A DNA stretch of 64,000 bases from Neodothiora populina (taxonomy: Eukaryota): contig NW_027191405.1 of NCBI RefSeq assembly GCF_041146345.1, forward strand, positions 1,488,001 through 1,552,000, given 5' to 3'. The notes under the pieces are model-generated. The model was not told where the DNA came from, ran no database searches, and worked only from the letters and a program-made list of their open reading frames with translations. The position numbers and the translations under genes are program-made. Positions 11,246 to 23,436 of this stretch are shown piece by piece; the first letter of the stretch is position 1; every line of letters starts with the position of its first letter.

Positions 11246-12423
11246 TCATGAGCGCCGCAAAAACGAACAGCCAGATCCTTCTGTACCACATAGGTGTTTA
11301 GTACCCCTTGACGGCTTCTTCGAGCCGTTCAGGCTGTGGGATTTGCGATATTCCGTGAGCAATCTTTTGGCTCCATCGCCGAGACTGAAATAAGTGAGGA
11401 CTTTTGTCAGCTTTGTCTGCAAATGTGAGATCTTCCTTCTCTGGGGGAGAGAGAAGATGACTTACAATGATGATACGGGCTCCCAGGTGTCTGACTCCGG
11501 GTCGTCGTAGCCTACCCATGTGGTGAGAAATCGAAGCGAGACCTGTAAGGTGAATATTAGTCATGTTTGAGAACGTCGTTTAGATCTGTGTACGAATAGG
11601 GCCTGATCAGCAGCTGGTGAGATGCACTCACTTTACCTGGCTCTTTCGACTTGAGAGCTTTGTGACCGACGATCTTCTTCATTGCCCAGACGTTCTCATC
11701 TGGGTCATAGCAGAGATCCTTGAATCTGCGAAGTGGACCGACTTTCGTGTCGGCTTGTTCACTTGGAAGACCGTCCACCGCGTCTCTGCTAGCTTCGTCA
11801 CGAGACACATTGATGTTGTCAGTCACACCTCTCGACGGACTCCTCGTTGTCTCAGCAGAGAGCCTCCCTCTTCCAGCGCTTTTGAGCCAGATGTGAGAAA
11901 TGGGCGTCATGCTCCGAGGTGTCAAAACTTCGGTGTAGAATGAAGCATCGCTTGGAGTGCGACTGTCACTTTGTTTGGCACTTGTGTCAGCACTGGGTTG
12001 AATCCAATTCAGGAGCGACGGATCGATGTGTGTAGCTGCAGGAGTTTCGCAACGTCGCGAGACGGAAGTGATGTTGATTTCTGAATCAACACATCCGCTC
12101 TCACGTGAACCGATTGAGCTGCAACTAGGCGCGAGATAGTAAAGTTTCTGGATGGCTTCCTCGGCAAGCCTGTTGAACTCGGCTTGTGACATTTCATCAA
12201 GCACTTGAGAGGACTCTGTAACAGTTATGGTTTCTCTGGTAGCCGGTGCCATGTGAGGACTCTTTCGGTGGGGATCGCCAATAGTGAATGACTTCTGACG
12301 TCTATTGGTTGATGGCTTCACTACTCTAGCGATGCCTCGCTTTACGATTTTAGACTGGTCACTCATGTCGAGATGATGCTTGTAAGAACGTCTGTCGATC
12401 CAAAGGGTAGATCCGGCGACCAT
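11246..12423 (-). CDS. Chromodomain-containing protein (C-terminal chromodomain, disordered N-terminus)
   Basis: Exons 12423-11632, 11542-11466, 11384-11246, with GTGAGT..GACTAAT..CAG and GTAAGT..GCTGAC..CAG introns. Spliced product contains WAMKKIVGHK..LRFLTTWVGYDDPESDTWEPVSSF..LLTEYRK. Start codon uncertain (12423 or 12366). Confidence 0.78.
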
Positions 12424-13403
12424 TCATAAAGGAAAACAAAGTCTAAGATTGAACACTGTGTTCGCTTTGTATATGTAATGGCAAAACACTGGATTGTTTT
12501 GATAGAGGAATGTGGGGCCATCAGCTGTTGTACCCTTCGATTCCTTTCCATAGTCTGTATGTGTTGACGAAAATGGAGTTCAATTAATGTAGGGCAACCA
12601 TCTGATTAGTACTCGAAGCTCTTCTTCTGTCTATCACTCTTGACATTTCGCCGGCTCTCAACCCAAATGTTGGGAGCAGCAAGACATAAATCGACGTGAA
12701 GATGATCCATCTAAGCGCTGACGAGGGGCGGTCAGCAAAGTCAGCAAGGTCAGCAAGCAAGGTCAGCAATTACGCGCTGAACAATCGGGCCAATGCAGCT
12801 TTGCCGTTGCACAACTCTTCGCAATTGTGACAAGTTTGGTGTTTTCCGTGGCAGCGAGTTGTTTAGCATCTATTAGGTCCGGTCTTTCTCCTGCATGCGG
12901 CAAGAACATGTTGTACGACATGGCAGGAAAAGCGACCAAATAGCGACGTCAGCTAATCTAAGCAACTGTTTTTGAAACCGGGTGCTACCCAAAACCCTGA
13001 GGTACGAACATAGAAGGTCGCACTATCTGGAGCTATAGCCTTCATTCTCAAGCACGGCTAAACAGCAATCACGGAACAATACTCCAGATCTGTAAGTGTG
13101 CTATCGGTGGGCGCGGAGATCGTGTTATACAGACGAGTCGTCTTCATGCTCTCAATATTGCGAGCCACATCATGTAGCTTGAGCGATATTTACTGCCCTG
13201 CATAGACATCTCGACACATGATGCGAAGGATGCCAAACTGGTTAGATGATCCAAGAAGCTCGTGCGAAGAGACAGCAGCATGATGCGCCGAAGCTTCGAC
13301 TGGTCGACTTGCCGACCCTCGGGTTAGTGTCCGGCAAGATGCATGAAAGCTGCAAGCCTGAGTTGCTCTAGCACATGATAGATCGCAACCAGATTATATC
13401 ATG

Positions 13404-13988
13404 CTACAACTTGAGCCTGTCGGTGTACGTGGCGTCGTACTCCTTTCTCAGTCCTTCTCGTATGTTTGCAGCCAATAGCACAGCCTCTGCATCATCGAGG
13501 TCTTCTCGCGTTCCCCTACCAAACATGCGCCAACTCTTCAGCATGCCCATGTCAACGTGGCCTTTGCCACTGATTTCCTTTCGGCCCTCCTTGTAGCGAG
13601 GGACAAAGTGGAAATGAACATGTGGGACAACCTGAGCAGCTCTGGCTCCGTTGTTCTGAATCACATTCCAATCCTCGATATCGAGTGATTTCGCCAGAGC
13701 GCGAGCCATCAGCGGCATCCAGAGTCCTAGAGCATCAGCAGTCGGGCCCAGAGGCACGTCGCTGAGTTTCTCATGGTGATCGCGAGTGATTAGTAGGACA
13801 TGTCCAGGGCTTATCGGCATGATATCTAGGAAAGCCAACACATGGGGTGTTGATAATATGAGATGGCATTGCGGATCTACTTGTGTCGCATCGGGATTGA
13901 TGGGCACTGGAGAAGGCGTAGATGCTGGGTATGCATTGCAAATACGGCAGAAGGGACAGGAAGAGGGATAATGAGTCTCGAGTGACAT
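13404..13988 (-). CDS. HIT-family (Hint-like) nucleotide hydrolase
   Basis: CPFCRIC, AFLDIMPISPGHVL, QNNG..AAQVVPHVHFHFVPR (histidine triad). Confidence 0.92.
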   Translation of the reverse strand: MSLETHYPSSCPFCRICNAYPASTPSPVPINPDATQVDPQCHLILSTPHVLAFLDIMPISPGHVLLITRDHHEKLSDVPLGPTADALGLWMPLMARALAKSLDIEDWNVIQNNGARAAQVVPHVHFHFVPRYKEGRKEISGKGHVDMGMLKSWRMFGRGTREDLDDAEAVLLAANIREGLRKEYDATYTDRLKL

Positions 13989-15101
13989 GCTGTATTTGAT
14001 TTATAGTAGTAATTCACATTGACACTACTTGAAGGAGCTCTTGCTACCAAGTATACATGCCCAGAAAGGAACAGCGCGTGGAGACTCTGCCTGCTGCACG
14101 CGAAGCCGAGGTGTTAAGTGGACTCACTATTGTCCCAGTATCGTGGGGTTGCAGTGTGGGGTACCTTCGTCCGCATCGAATTTCCATCTTATACCTACAT
14201 AAGGTAATTACCTTGTACACGAAGGCGTCCATTTGAGCTTTGCCAAGGTGTCTAGCGCAGCAACCTTTTTACATTACATGAGATGCCACATCGGGAGGCT
14301 GAGCTAATCCATATGTCAGTAGACTTGACAACCTCGCTCAAATCAAGCAGAGAACGGTCGCGTACAGTTTCGATTTGCTTCATATCAATGGATCTGGCGG
14401 CTGTGCTGCTAATCACAAGCACCGATGGCGACAGTCTTTTATCCTAAAATTCATTCAAGCTCCGGGGTTCGGCGAGTTACTAACACATAGGTATTGGATA
14501 CGGACACTCTATTGTCCATCACATTAGCGCATATTGCTTAAAGTCTAAATGGTCACGAACTCATCCAGCGTATCGTACCCATTGAAGGAGACTCTGTTAG
14601 TCCTCAGCCATGACTGCCTGGAAGCGAAGCTATAACGGCATCATCATCCACAGTACTCGCAGCCTCAAACCCGTACCTAAATTCCACCTCATCTGTAATC
14701 ACGAGATGATATCGAGATATATCTGCTCTCGCTCACCTCGTCATCACAGCAACTGATTAGCCGATCTCTGCACAAAAACAGTGAGGTACAGTAACACTTC
14801 GCACCGGCGAAGCATATAGGGTTTTCAACGGGAGAGATGTACCGAATACCGTGCCCGCCCATCACAACAACACATGTCATGAGCGTACCACATAACACCA
14901 AAGGATCTGGAGACCTGCATGACCGTTAGGGAGCTTGCTTGGCATACTGACTTTTTGACCTGTTGTACATATCATTCGAAACTTGCACTTCGTTTGAACA
15001 TGGGGATTTTGGATTTGGAAAATCCGTTTGTTTTCTACTTCGTTCCGTGGAGCAGTCTGCCACTGTCACCTGGTGTTCGAACTGGAGGACTTCCATATAC
15101 G

Positions 15102-16484
15102 ATGGACGAGGCATCGTCCGATGTGAGATCTGCAAGAGGCAGAACAGACGTAATTGTGGCATTCGTCTCCCTCGCCATCGCTTTTCTCGTACTCGCATGC
15201 CGTCTATTCACTCGTACGACTGTGGTCAAGAATGTCGGAGCCGACGACTATGTGATCGCTGTCTCATTTGTGAGTGGCAACTATCAAAGTGGACAAAGAT
15301 TCCATGATTCTGATCTTGTACAGATATTTTCCGTTGCGCTGAGTGCATTGATATATGTTGAATACCAAAATGGACAAGGGCAGCATATTGCTTCACTCTC
15401 ACAGGAGAACCTAGGAAAAATCTATAAGGTGATTTGGTCTGCCAAAGCACAATTCCTTGGTCTTGACTAATACCGTAGCATGTAGGCTCTATGGGCCAGT
15501 ATCCCTATCTATTCATTGTCCTTGACTCTGAACAAGATATCCATCTTGTTGCAATATTGGCGAGTTTTCGCTAGCACCATGACTCGCCATATTGTCATGG
15601 TACTTTTTGCCGTAACCACAATCATTGGTGCGTTCGAGTCTACGCAAAGCACTCCCAGGAGTTGCGGCTGATCAACCAACACAGGCTTCTATTCTGTTTT
15701 CGCGACCATTTTCATGTGCGCCCCAGTCTCCTACTTCTGGAAGCCGGAGAGGGAAGAAGGCCATTGTTTGGACAGAAACGCAGTCTGGTTCGCGAACGCT
15801 TCCCTCAACATCATCACCGACGTTGCCATCTTTATTCTCCCGATGCCCGTCTTGCATCAGCTGCATCTCCCAAAACGCCAGCGTTACGCATTGATGGGCG
15901 TGTTTGGTCTCGGTGCTTTTGTCTGCGTGACATCCATGGTACGACTGAAGGCCCTTTACACAATCTCCAATTCCCAAGATGTTACTTGGGACAACGGCAG
16001 CGCCGCTGCTTGGTCATCGCTGGAGGTCAACGTTGGCATCGTATGCGCATCATTGCCAACTCTTCGCAAGAGCATAAGCCGTTTCTTTCCCAAAGCCCTC
16101 TTATCGGGCGACGATCCACAATACGAAGCGCGAAGAGCTTCACGAAGGTTTTCACGGAAAGAAGCAGGCTTCCACCGTTTCAGGACTGCTCAAGAAGCCT
16201 CCGATTGGGCGGAGGCATTGCCAGTTCCCTCGAACTACGGCAAGGGCGAGGCATTGATCGGCTTGGACAGCAAAGTTGAGAGAGGCTCCACGCACGAGGA
16301 TTTTCTTGCAGGGGCTGGGTCCGGCAATATCAGAGTCAAGACAGTGACCACACAAGTGGTACAAGAGTTGGGTGATGCAAGCGTGCCGGTGACTTATCCA
16401 CTGGACGCTTACTATACAAATGATCGGGATAACCATGTTCAGGACCCGACCACTTCAGATAGCTCTGTAGGCAGACGGGCGTGA
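15102..16484 (+). CDS. PTH11-like (non-CFEM) seven-transmembrane integral membrane protein
   Basis: Introns 15270-15323, 15429-15485, 15628-15684. Motifs RLFTR..GADDY, KISILLQYWRVF, CAPVSYFW, NIITDVAIFILPMP, WSSLEVNVGIVCASLPTL. Confidence 0.88.
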
Positions 16485-16980
16485 GGTCTCTACGAATATA
16501 ATGAACCACCTTAGATTAGATCTTACCCATTGAACTTGATCACTACGCATTGGTCAAAGTAGTAACTCCTGCCGCAAAGTTATGATATTTCTTCAATCGG
16601 TTATGTGAAATCAACTGGCGATCTCGACAGGTGTTTTGCTTAGCTCCATGACAGTCAGATGATATGCCTTCTCGGGTTACGACAGCTTTTGACTACCATC
16701 GCAACATCTCACTTGTCATGTGGTCAGTAGGTATCTACTTCTACAATTCTTTATCTTCGTGGAGTAGACGGGGCTATACAAGAATGTAATAAGGATCCCG
16801 GCCAGATCCGCGGCCCGATATCTTGGCAGGCCGCAACTGAGGGGAGCGGAGATCGCGTCTCTTTACGAAGCCATGCTTACCTTATCTAACAGGCGTAATT
16901 GATAAAGAAAAGTCATGATTAACTGTGAATAGTAATTTCCATACATCACGCAGCATATTTCTGCTATAGTATGTGTTCGG

Positions 16981-19091
16981 ATGCCTCCGCAAAGTCAATC
17001 CGCTGAGGGCGGCGTGGGTAAGAATGCTCGAAGGAGCGCGAAATCCCGGAGTGGATGCCAAACGTGTAAAGTCAAGCGAGTATGTCCGCCACTTTGGTCG
17101 CCGGCTGTGATTCTCATACCTACACTGGCTGACCACACCGTCAACAGCTAAAATGTGACGAGTCGAAACCAGCTTGCAAGAACTGTGTGAAGCGAGGCTT
17201 GACCTGTCCTGGTTACAAGCAACTCTTGCGATGGTCAACAAAATACGAGGCCGTCCAAGCGGCCGACGGTCCTTCGCAAAAGACCATTCATCCTTCGGTG
17301 GAGTTTCAATTTTCGGCTATTGACCCTTCGAATTTTGGTAAAGAAGTATCTGAGGATAGTGGTAAAGACTCGATAGCTCGAAAGAATGTTCCTGAAAATG
17401 CAGGTCCTAGAGAGATCATCTTTGCCAACGACGGTGCAAGTGCGCCTTCACAAGAAGAGCGAGATTCGGCGCAGAAGCAGTTGATGCCAAATTGGAAAGT
17501 TGACTTGTCTCAACTACTCAATCCAGTAGAGGAGGAAGAGGACGACGCCCTGGTTCGCTTTGAGCCGCAGCCAAGCCAGAGCATTGTGCAGCGTAGATCA
17601 GACGACGAGGCGCGACGTAGGCCAGATTCTCGCGGCAGTGTCGAGGCCTCATTGCAATGGAAGACCTTACTACGGAGTTATTACAGAATGAGCGAGCCCG
17701 CACTGCCTCGATCCCTACACAGCGAGGCCAGCGCCCTCGTGGAACATTACTTCCGGGATGTATGCGTCATCTTCTCTGCTTTTGATTCTGCGATGAACCC
17801 TTTCCGAACCGTGATCGCACGGCTTTGGGATAACTCTTCATCCATTTTCTTTGCCATTCAGAGCATGGCAGCAGCACATTTGGCGAACTACATGCCAAAT
17901 ATGAGACTCGTCGGATTGAACATGCAACGGAAGGCCTACGAATGTCTTCAGCAAGAATTGCAACTCGCATCCATCAATCAGACTATGGACGATAAGCTGC
18001 TGCTTGCGGTGTTACTCTTGGGCTTGACCGCATGCTGGCACGACAGCAGCGATCTAGGAGCCGCACATCTAACGGCAGCGAGAGCGTTGATATACCCACG
18101 GCTCCTCCGCGACGACGGCCTACAGGGCACAGAGTCAAACCGCAACGACCAGTTCTTCGCAGAAGCGCTCATCTACTGGGAAATGTGCATGGCATTCGTC
18201 TCTCGAGAGACATTTGTGCCTGGCATGGAACGACGACTACCGGCCGCCGCGTTTGGAGACCACGACGGCCGATCAGAAAACAAGATATTCCCTCACCCAT
18301 GGACAGGCATCGCGCCTCGCATACAAATGCTATTCGCCGAGGTCGGACGACTGGTCCGACATTACTGCACAATGCGTTTCTCACTCTTCAGCCCGACAGG
18401 CGATCCACTAGCGATAGACATGGACAGCATCATAATCGCAGCCAAAGACCTCGAAGAAGAGCTCTTGTCAATAAACCTCCCGAGCGCCGACGATCTCGTA
18501 GACGTGCAAGACGAACGCACGCACAAGACCGACTTCATCAGCATAGCCGAAGCGACCAAGTGCGCCGCACTGCTAGAGATCTACCGCGTCTTCCCGGAGA
18601 TCCTCGAGCATCGCCTGGGCTCACCCGGCGGCATGGGCGGCGACGCATTCCCTCAAGCCATACCATCATTCTTCAGCACCGACACAGACTACACCTCCAC
18701 GAACCGAAGTCGAAGCACGATAGACTCATCGCGCTGGCTCACGTCACTAGCGCGACACATCCTGGACGTGATAGGCAAAGTACCCACATCCTCAGGAACG
18801 CGACCTCTGCAACTAATCCTGCTCACAACGGCGGCCGCCGAGCTACGACTCAAAGGCGTAGCCGTCACGTCCCCCGGCCTGTTGGCATCAACGACATACG
18901 ATCTAGAAGTGGCGCAGGCCCGCGGATTCGCCATGGCGAGACTCAACGAGCTGGCGTCGCGGTTGCCGTCTAAACCGGTGTTGAAGATCATTCAGCTTGT
19001 CAGGGAGGTTTGGCGGCGGAATGATGCTGGCGATGATGCGTTTTGGATGGATGTCATGACTGAGAATGGGTGGGAGACTATAATGGGATGA
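16981..19091 (+). CDS. Zn(II)2Cys6 transcription factor with Fungal_trans_2-type C-terminal domain
   Basis: KSRSGCQTCKVKR | intron 17080-17147 | LKCDESKPACKNCVKRGLTCPGY. Downstream NPFR, PHPWTG and FWMDVMTENGWETIMG. Confidence 0.9.
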
Positions 19092-19119
19092 TGATTCATT
19101 TGAGATTTGTCGAGTCATA

Positions 19120-19121
<2 letters not shown>

Positions 19122-19156
<35 letters not shown>
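19122..19156. repeat. (GCA)n microsatellite between convergent 3' ends
   Basis: Tandem GCA units read directly. Confidence 0.93.
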
Positions 19157-19157
<1 letters not shown>

Positions 19158-19513
19158 CTGGGTTCGATCAGAAGACATGAGAAGGAAGCAGGGCAAAAGT
19201 GGGTTTAATGATATGAGAAGGGCGAGAAGAGAAAGTGATATAGAGAAGAGAAGAGAGGGAAAAGGTTGTTGTTTACTTTCGAATAGATACCTACTTTCAC
19301 ATAGAAGAGAATCACTCTTACAATGACACAAAATGACAGAACGACATGATTCGGGATACCATGGATGGCTTCCACGGGTTCTCTACAAGCTCCGTGGCTA
19401 GACGCAAATGGTGCTCTTTTGGTGCGAAGAAATCTTGATTGGTATTTTTGGATTCATGGTTTACAATGTGCCCGCTTCCCTGTAGTGGCATCAATAAAGC
19501 GATGACTACTCGT

Positions 19514-20692
19514 CTACTCCTCGATGGTCTTGACGCAGTCCCAGCCACCCTTGAGACTCTCCTTCCAGAGGCTGACCCTGTTATCGCCACCGCTCACTGC
19601 CAGAACATTGCCGCTCAAGCTCCAGCTGACTCTCCAGACGATAGCGTCGAACTTCAGCTCTGTACTTGTCCAGCTCTCTGCACTGGCAGGGTCGGCATTG
19701 GCGGGGCAGGTCCAGATGCGCACGGTTCGATCTTGGGAGGCAGAGGCGATGTAGGATTTTGACAGAGGGGTCGGGGACCAGGCGACGTCGCGGACCCAGT
19801 CGGTGTGGCCTTGCAGGGTGCACATGTTCGTGTAGCTCTGAGTCTGGGCGTCAAAGTCCCAGAGCTTGACGAGGTTGTCGCTGCCGCCGGTGACGAATCT
19901 CCTCAGCGGCTGTGTCTGCGATGTGGGGGATTGTGCGCTGGTGAGTTGGCCGGGGGCGAGACTCGGGCTCCACGAGACGGCGTTGACGCCCAGGCCGTGG
20001 GCGGGGAAGATGGCGTGGGCGAAAGTGTTGTCCGCGAAGGTGATGACGGAGACGGATCCGTCGGAAGATGCACATGCGAGATGACAGCCGGGCTCCGATG
20101 GTGACCATGCGATTAGGTTCACAGAGGCCGTGTGTAGGGTGAAGTCGTAGATGCGCTGCCATTGGCCGTTTTGTTCTCGCCAGATGAACACTTTGCCGTC
20201 GTAGGATGAGGATGCGAGGATGGTGCCGTACTTGGGATGTGCCTGACGATGCAGTCAGTATGAATCGATATCCAAGAAAACAACAAGCTCGACTGACCCA
20301 CGAGACACACCAGACTGCGCCGTCATGACTGCACAAGAACAATTGTCAGCGCATTTGTCTCCGTCCCTCTGCTGGCGGGAACGTACCCCTTGAGCGTTTC
20401 TGTCAAGCGATGCGAGTCGCCCTCGATTTCGAATATCTTGATGGTCTTGTCTGAGGAACATGTGGCGAGCCGTCTTCCATAGTAGTCCAGGACTGCGTCG
20501 TGCTGTTCCTGTACTTAGTTTCTGCTCTGCTGGCTGTTGCATGTATATACTACAAGGGTGATTCAAGGGTGATTCGAGGAGTGAGTGGTACATACAATCA
20601 TGTCATCGTGACCGGAATTTGATATGACTTGAGCCTGTTGAGATTAGCAGTTCAAGAACTGTAGAAAGAAGCCAAGTCAGATGGGTTACCAT
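19514..20692 (-). CDS. SEC13: COPII/nucleoporin WD40 protein Sec13
   Basis: Spliced: [97 protein letters not shown]; four introns. Confidence 0.96.
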
Positions 20693-21249
20693 TTAGATTG
20701 TAATTGTAGAGATGGCTATCTTTATGATGCGACCGCAATCGCCGTGTTATTGACTGAAAGTGACAGCTTCGACATTATGGGACAGCCCCAGCTTCCTCCG
20801 CCCCCGACACGCACGCGCGATCATGTCCTGCCAAGAGACACGCAGCACTTCCGCCGTCGCCAAGTGACAGACCCCCCGCCTCAGATCGATACTAGATTCC
20901 ACTCCGCCCTGAGAAACTAGGTACTTGTACCTGTAGTGCGAGATCCACACGTCTGCGGGACTCATTGTCCGGACTGAGTTTAGGCCTCGGCATCGGCGTC
21001 TTGACCGCGGGGGTCTTTGGCTTATCAATTACTACATCTGGGCTCCGCCTTTCGGCTTATCATCACATGCCTCTATAATAATTATTATTGTTTCATGCTC
21101 CCACGCCTGCTCACGACTCTTTCCGGAAGCTGCTCTTTTACATAGCGTGAGGCTTCTCTGCCTGAGCACCGCGCTGTATCTTGTCTGTTCCCCTCATTCC
21201 TTGTATTTGTTTTCACGACATAGCCCATTTCCTATTCTTGTTCGCCATC

Positions 21250-23436
21250 ATGTCTGACGCAGTCTGTGGGCCCTCTAATGCCCTACAGAATTTCAAGCAG
21301 CATACATCGGTAGACCGATCACTACAGCAGGACCGTATCGTGTCGCGGCATCAGCCATCTCAAGCTTTTCGATCCCCTGACCCTAATGCCGGTGTGCTCG
21401 ACCCGGAGTTCGAGGCATTCCAGGCAGCTCAGCCGTCTGTCTTTGCCGGTTCTTCACTTCCATTAAATCAATCTTTCCATAACTTCGGTCCGGCAAACTC
21501 AACATGTCATCATGGTCCATCCGCAGTACATGCTGGTCCGTCGCAAATTCCTGCATGGGCCTCGGACTTCCAGACGCTTCACAACTCTGCATCGCCGGCT
21601 CTTTCACAGCCGCTAGTGAACAACCAGAACAATGCATGGGCCAGTCAGTTCCAGCAAAGCTCAGGCAAGAGCCCGATGCACACCGGACCTGCTCCTTCCA
21701 GTGTGCAGTATAGCAACGCTCCTGCCTATCCCATGGCCAGGACCTTTTCGCCCGCCTTCCGCCAACCACAAATGCAACTACCGCTCCCGCAACAGATGCA
21801 ATTGATGCAAGCCCCAAAGGAAGAATTCGACGAGGAAGCATTCCAGGCAGCGTTCGATGCTGCGATGAGTGATGCCTTGCAATCACAGAGTGATCTTTTG
21901 GCGACGCAAGAAAAGAGTCAAGAGGCAGAAACAGAGGCCAAGGACGCTGGCTTCGACATTTACCCGGATCTACCACTCATACGACTTGCCTTGCTCACAG
22001 CTATTGTGGATGGGTCAGATGGCATGCTGCACGAAGCAGCATTGTTCGTTCATCATCTGAATACTTATGACCCGGAGAAAATGGATCCCGCCCAAGCTAT
22101 GCTACTCCGTCCGCTTATCACACGGCTCGCCGATGCCACGCGTTCGCCGTTTGTCAAGCGCTACGATGCCTCGGCTCTGCTCCAAGAACTCAGCACTAAA
22201 CTGGAGTCTGTGGGAAAGAACGCCAAGATCAGTCCCGAGCACGAGCAATTATTGGCAGCTTATGCGGACTGTCTTTGGGGGCGAGATCAGACGAACCATC
22301 TTGCAAACGTGTCAAATTACCATGCCGATACCTCGTACTGGCGCGTTTCACTGGAAGAGAACCTCGACAACTTTGCCGAAGGTACCCCCACCAGCAAAGC
22401 TATGAAGATGTTGGCAGAAACGAATCTCTTTGGCTTCTCCACGCCTCAGAGCATGCACCGTGTGCAGGACCTGGAAATCAAGGCCTACCAGAACAGACCC
22501 TTGTTCAAGCACCAAGCTAGGTCAGCAGAGGAGCTGGGCTCAACAGACCCACAAGCCATTTTGTTCAGTATGGCCATGCAGATCAGTAGCGCTCCCGAAC
22601 TGCGGGATGCAATCTATACAGATGGTGTTGAAGAACACCAACGTCGAATTCGGTCGTCTTATATTCAAAGTCGACAGAACGCGCCAGTGAACGTCCACTC
22701 CCTGCAAGCGCAAGCGCAAGCGCAACAACTCGAAGAAGAGGCCGCCATGTTACAGGAAGAAACTATGCAAGACAATCATGCAGATTATCTAGAACAGCAA
22801 AGATGGAACGAGCAAGTGCTCGAGGTAGAACGAGAAGAGCAAAAGGAGGATCATCAGCCCACGAAAGACGACGATGAGCTTGCTCAAACCGCCGCGGATC
22901 TGTTGAGCAAGATGTCAAGCGAGAAATCAAACAAGTTCCAGAACAGTGCCTTCATGGGCCTGATGCGCAAGTTAGCGGACAGGGAAGTTAGGGTGGAGGG
23001 TGACAAGATGGTCGAGGTCAGTACCGCTTGACATCACCAGGCCAACACCAAGTGAACCACATCAAACTTTGGGGTTTTCTTGAGTACGACACTGTGTTCG
23101 TTGAGGAACTCCACTGACAGCATTCTCCAATAGACCAGTACTTCCACAGCGGCTTATACGGCGCCGGTAGAAGCAAGCACGACGACAGCCGCCCCATCGA
23201 CTTGGTCTCAAGACGGCCCGATGCAGGCCCATCAACCTCGTACTGAGCAGCAGCCCCATGATGGACAAGAAGTGGTGGATTTGTTGAATCGACCCGACGA
23301 ATTATCGGGAGTCGACGACAGCATTGAAGATGAACAATCACAGCAATCCATGGGTACGTGGACACCCGAGCAGCTCGCCTCCCTCGCACACGTCACGCCG
23401 TCTTTCCCTTCATGGGGATGGGCCGATCATATCTGA
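21250..23436 (+). CDS. PEX20: PTS2 co-receptor peroxin Pex20 with a large internal insertion; 3' end uncertain
   Basis: N-terminal MSDAVCGPSNALQNF (conserved Cys), WxxxF motifs WASDF and WASQF, Pex7-binding box KFQNSAFMGLMRKLADREVRVEGDKMVE. Likely intron 23017-23133 joins in frame to the 23221-23436 ORF; unspliced it stops at 23031. Confidence 0.82.

Noticed and set aside
16515..16550. TTAGATCTTACCCATTGAACTTGATC resembles part of a TPP riboswitch
   Set aside because: Lacks the CUGAGA element and the GnUAAU..CC.GCG P5 region, and the adjacent gene is not thiamine-related.
18032..18973. 313-aa alternative-frame ORF inside the first Zn2Cys6 gene
   Set aside because: Arg/Pro-rich shadow ORF expected from GC-rich codon usage.
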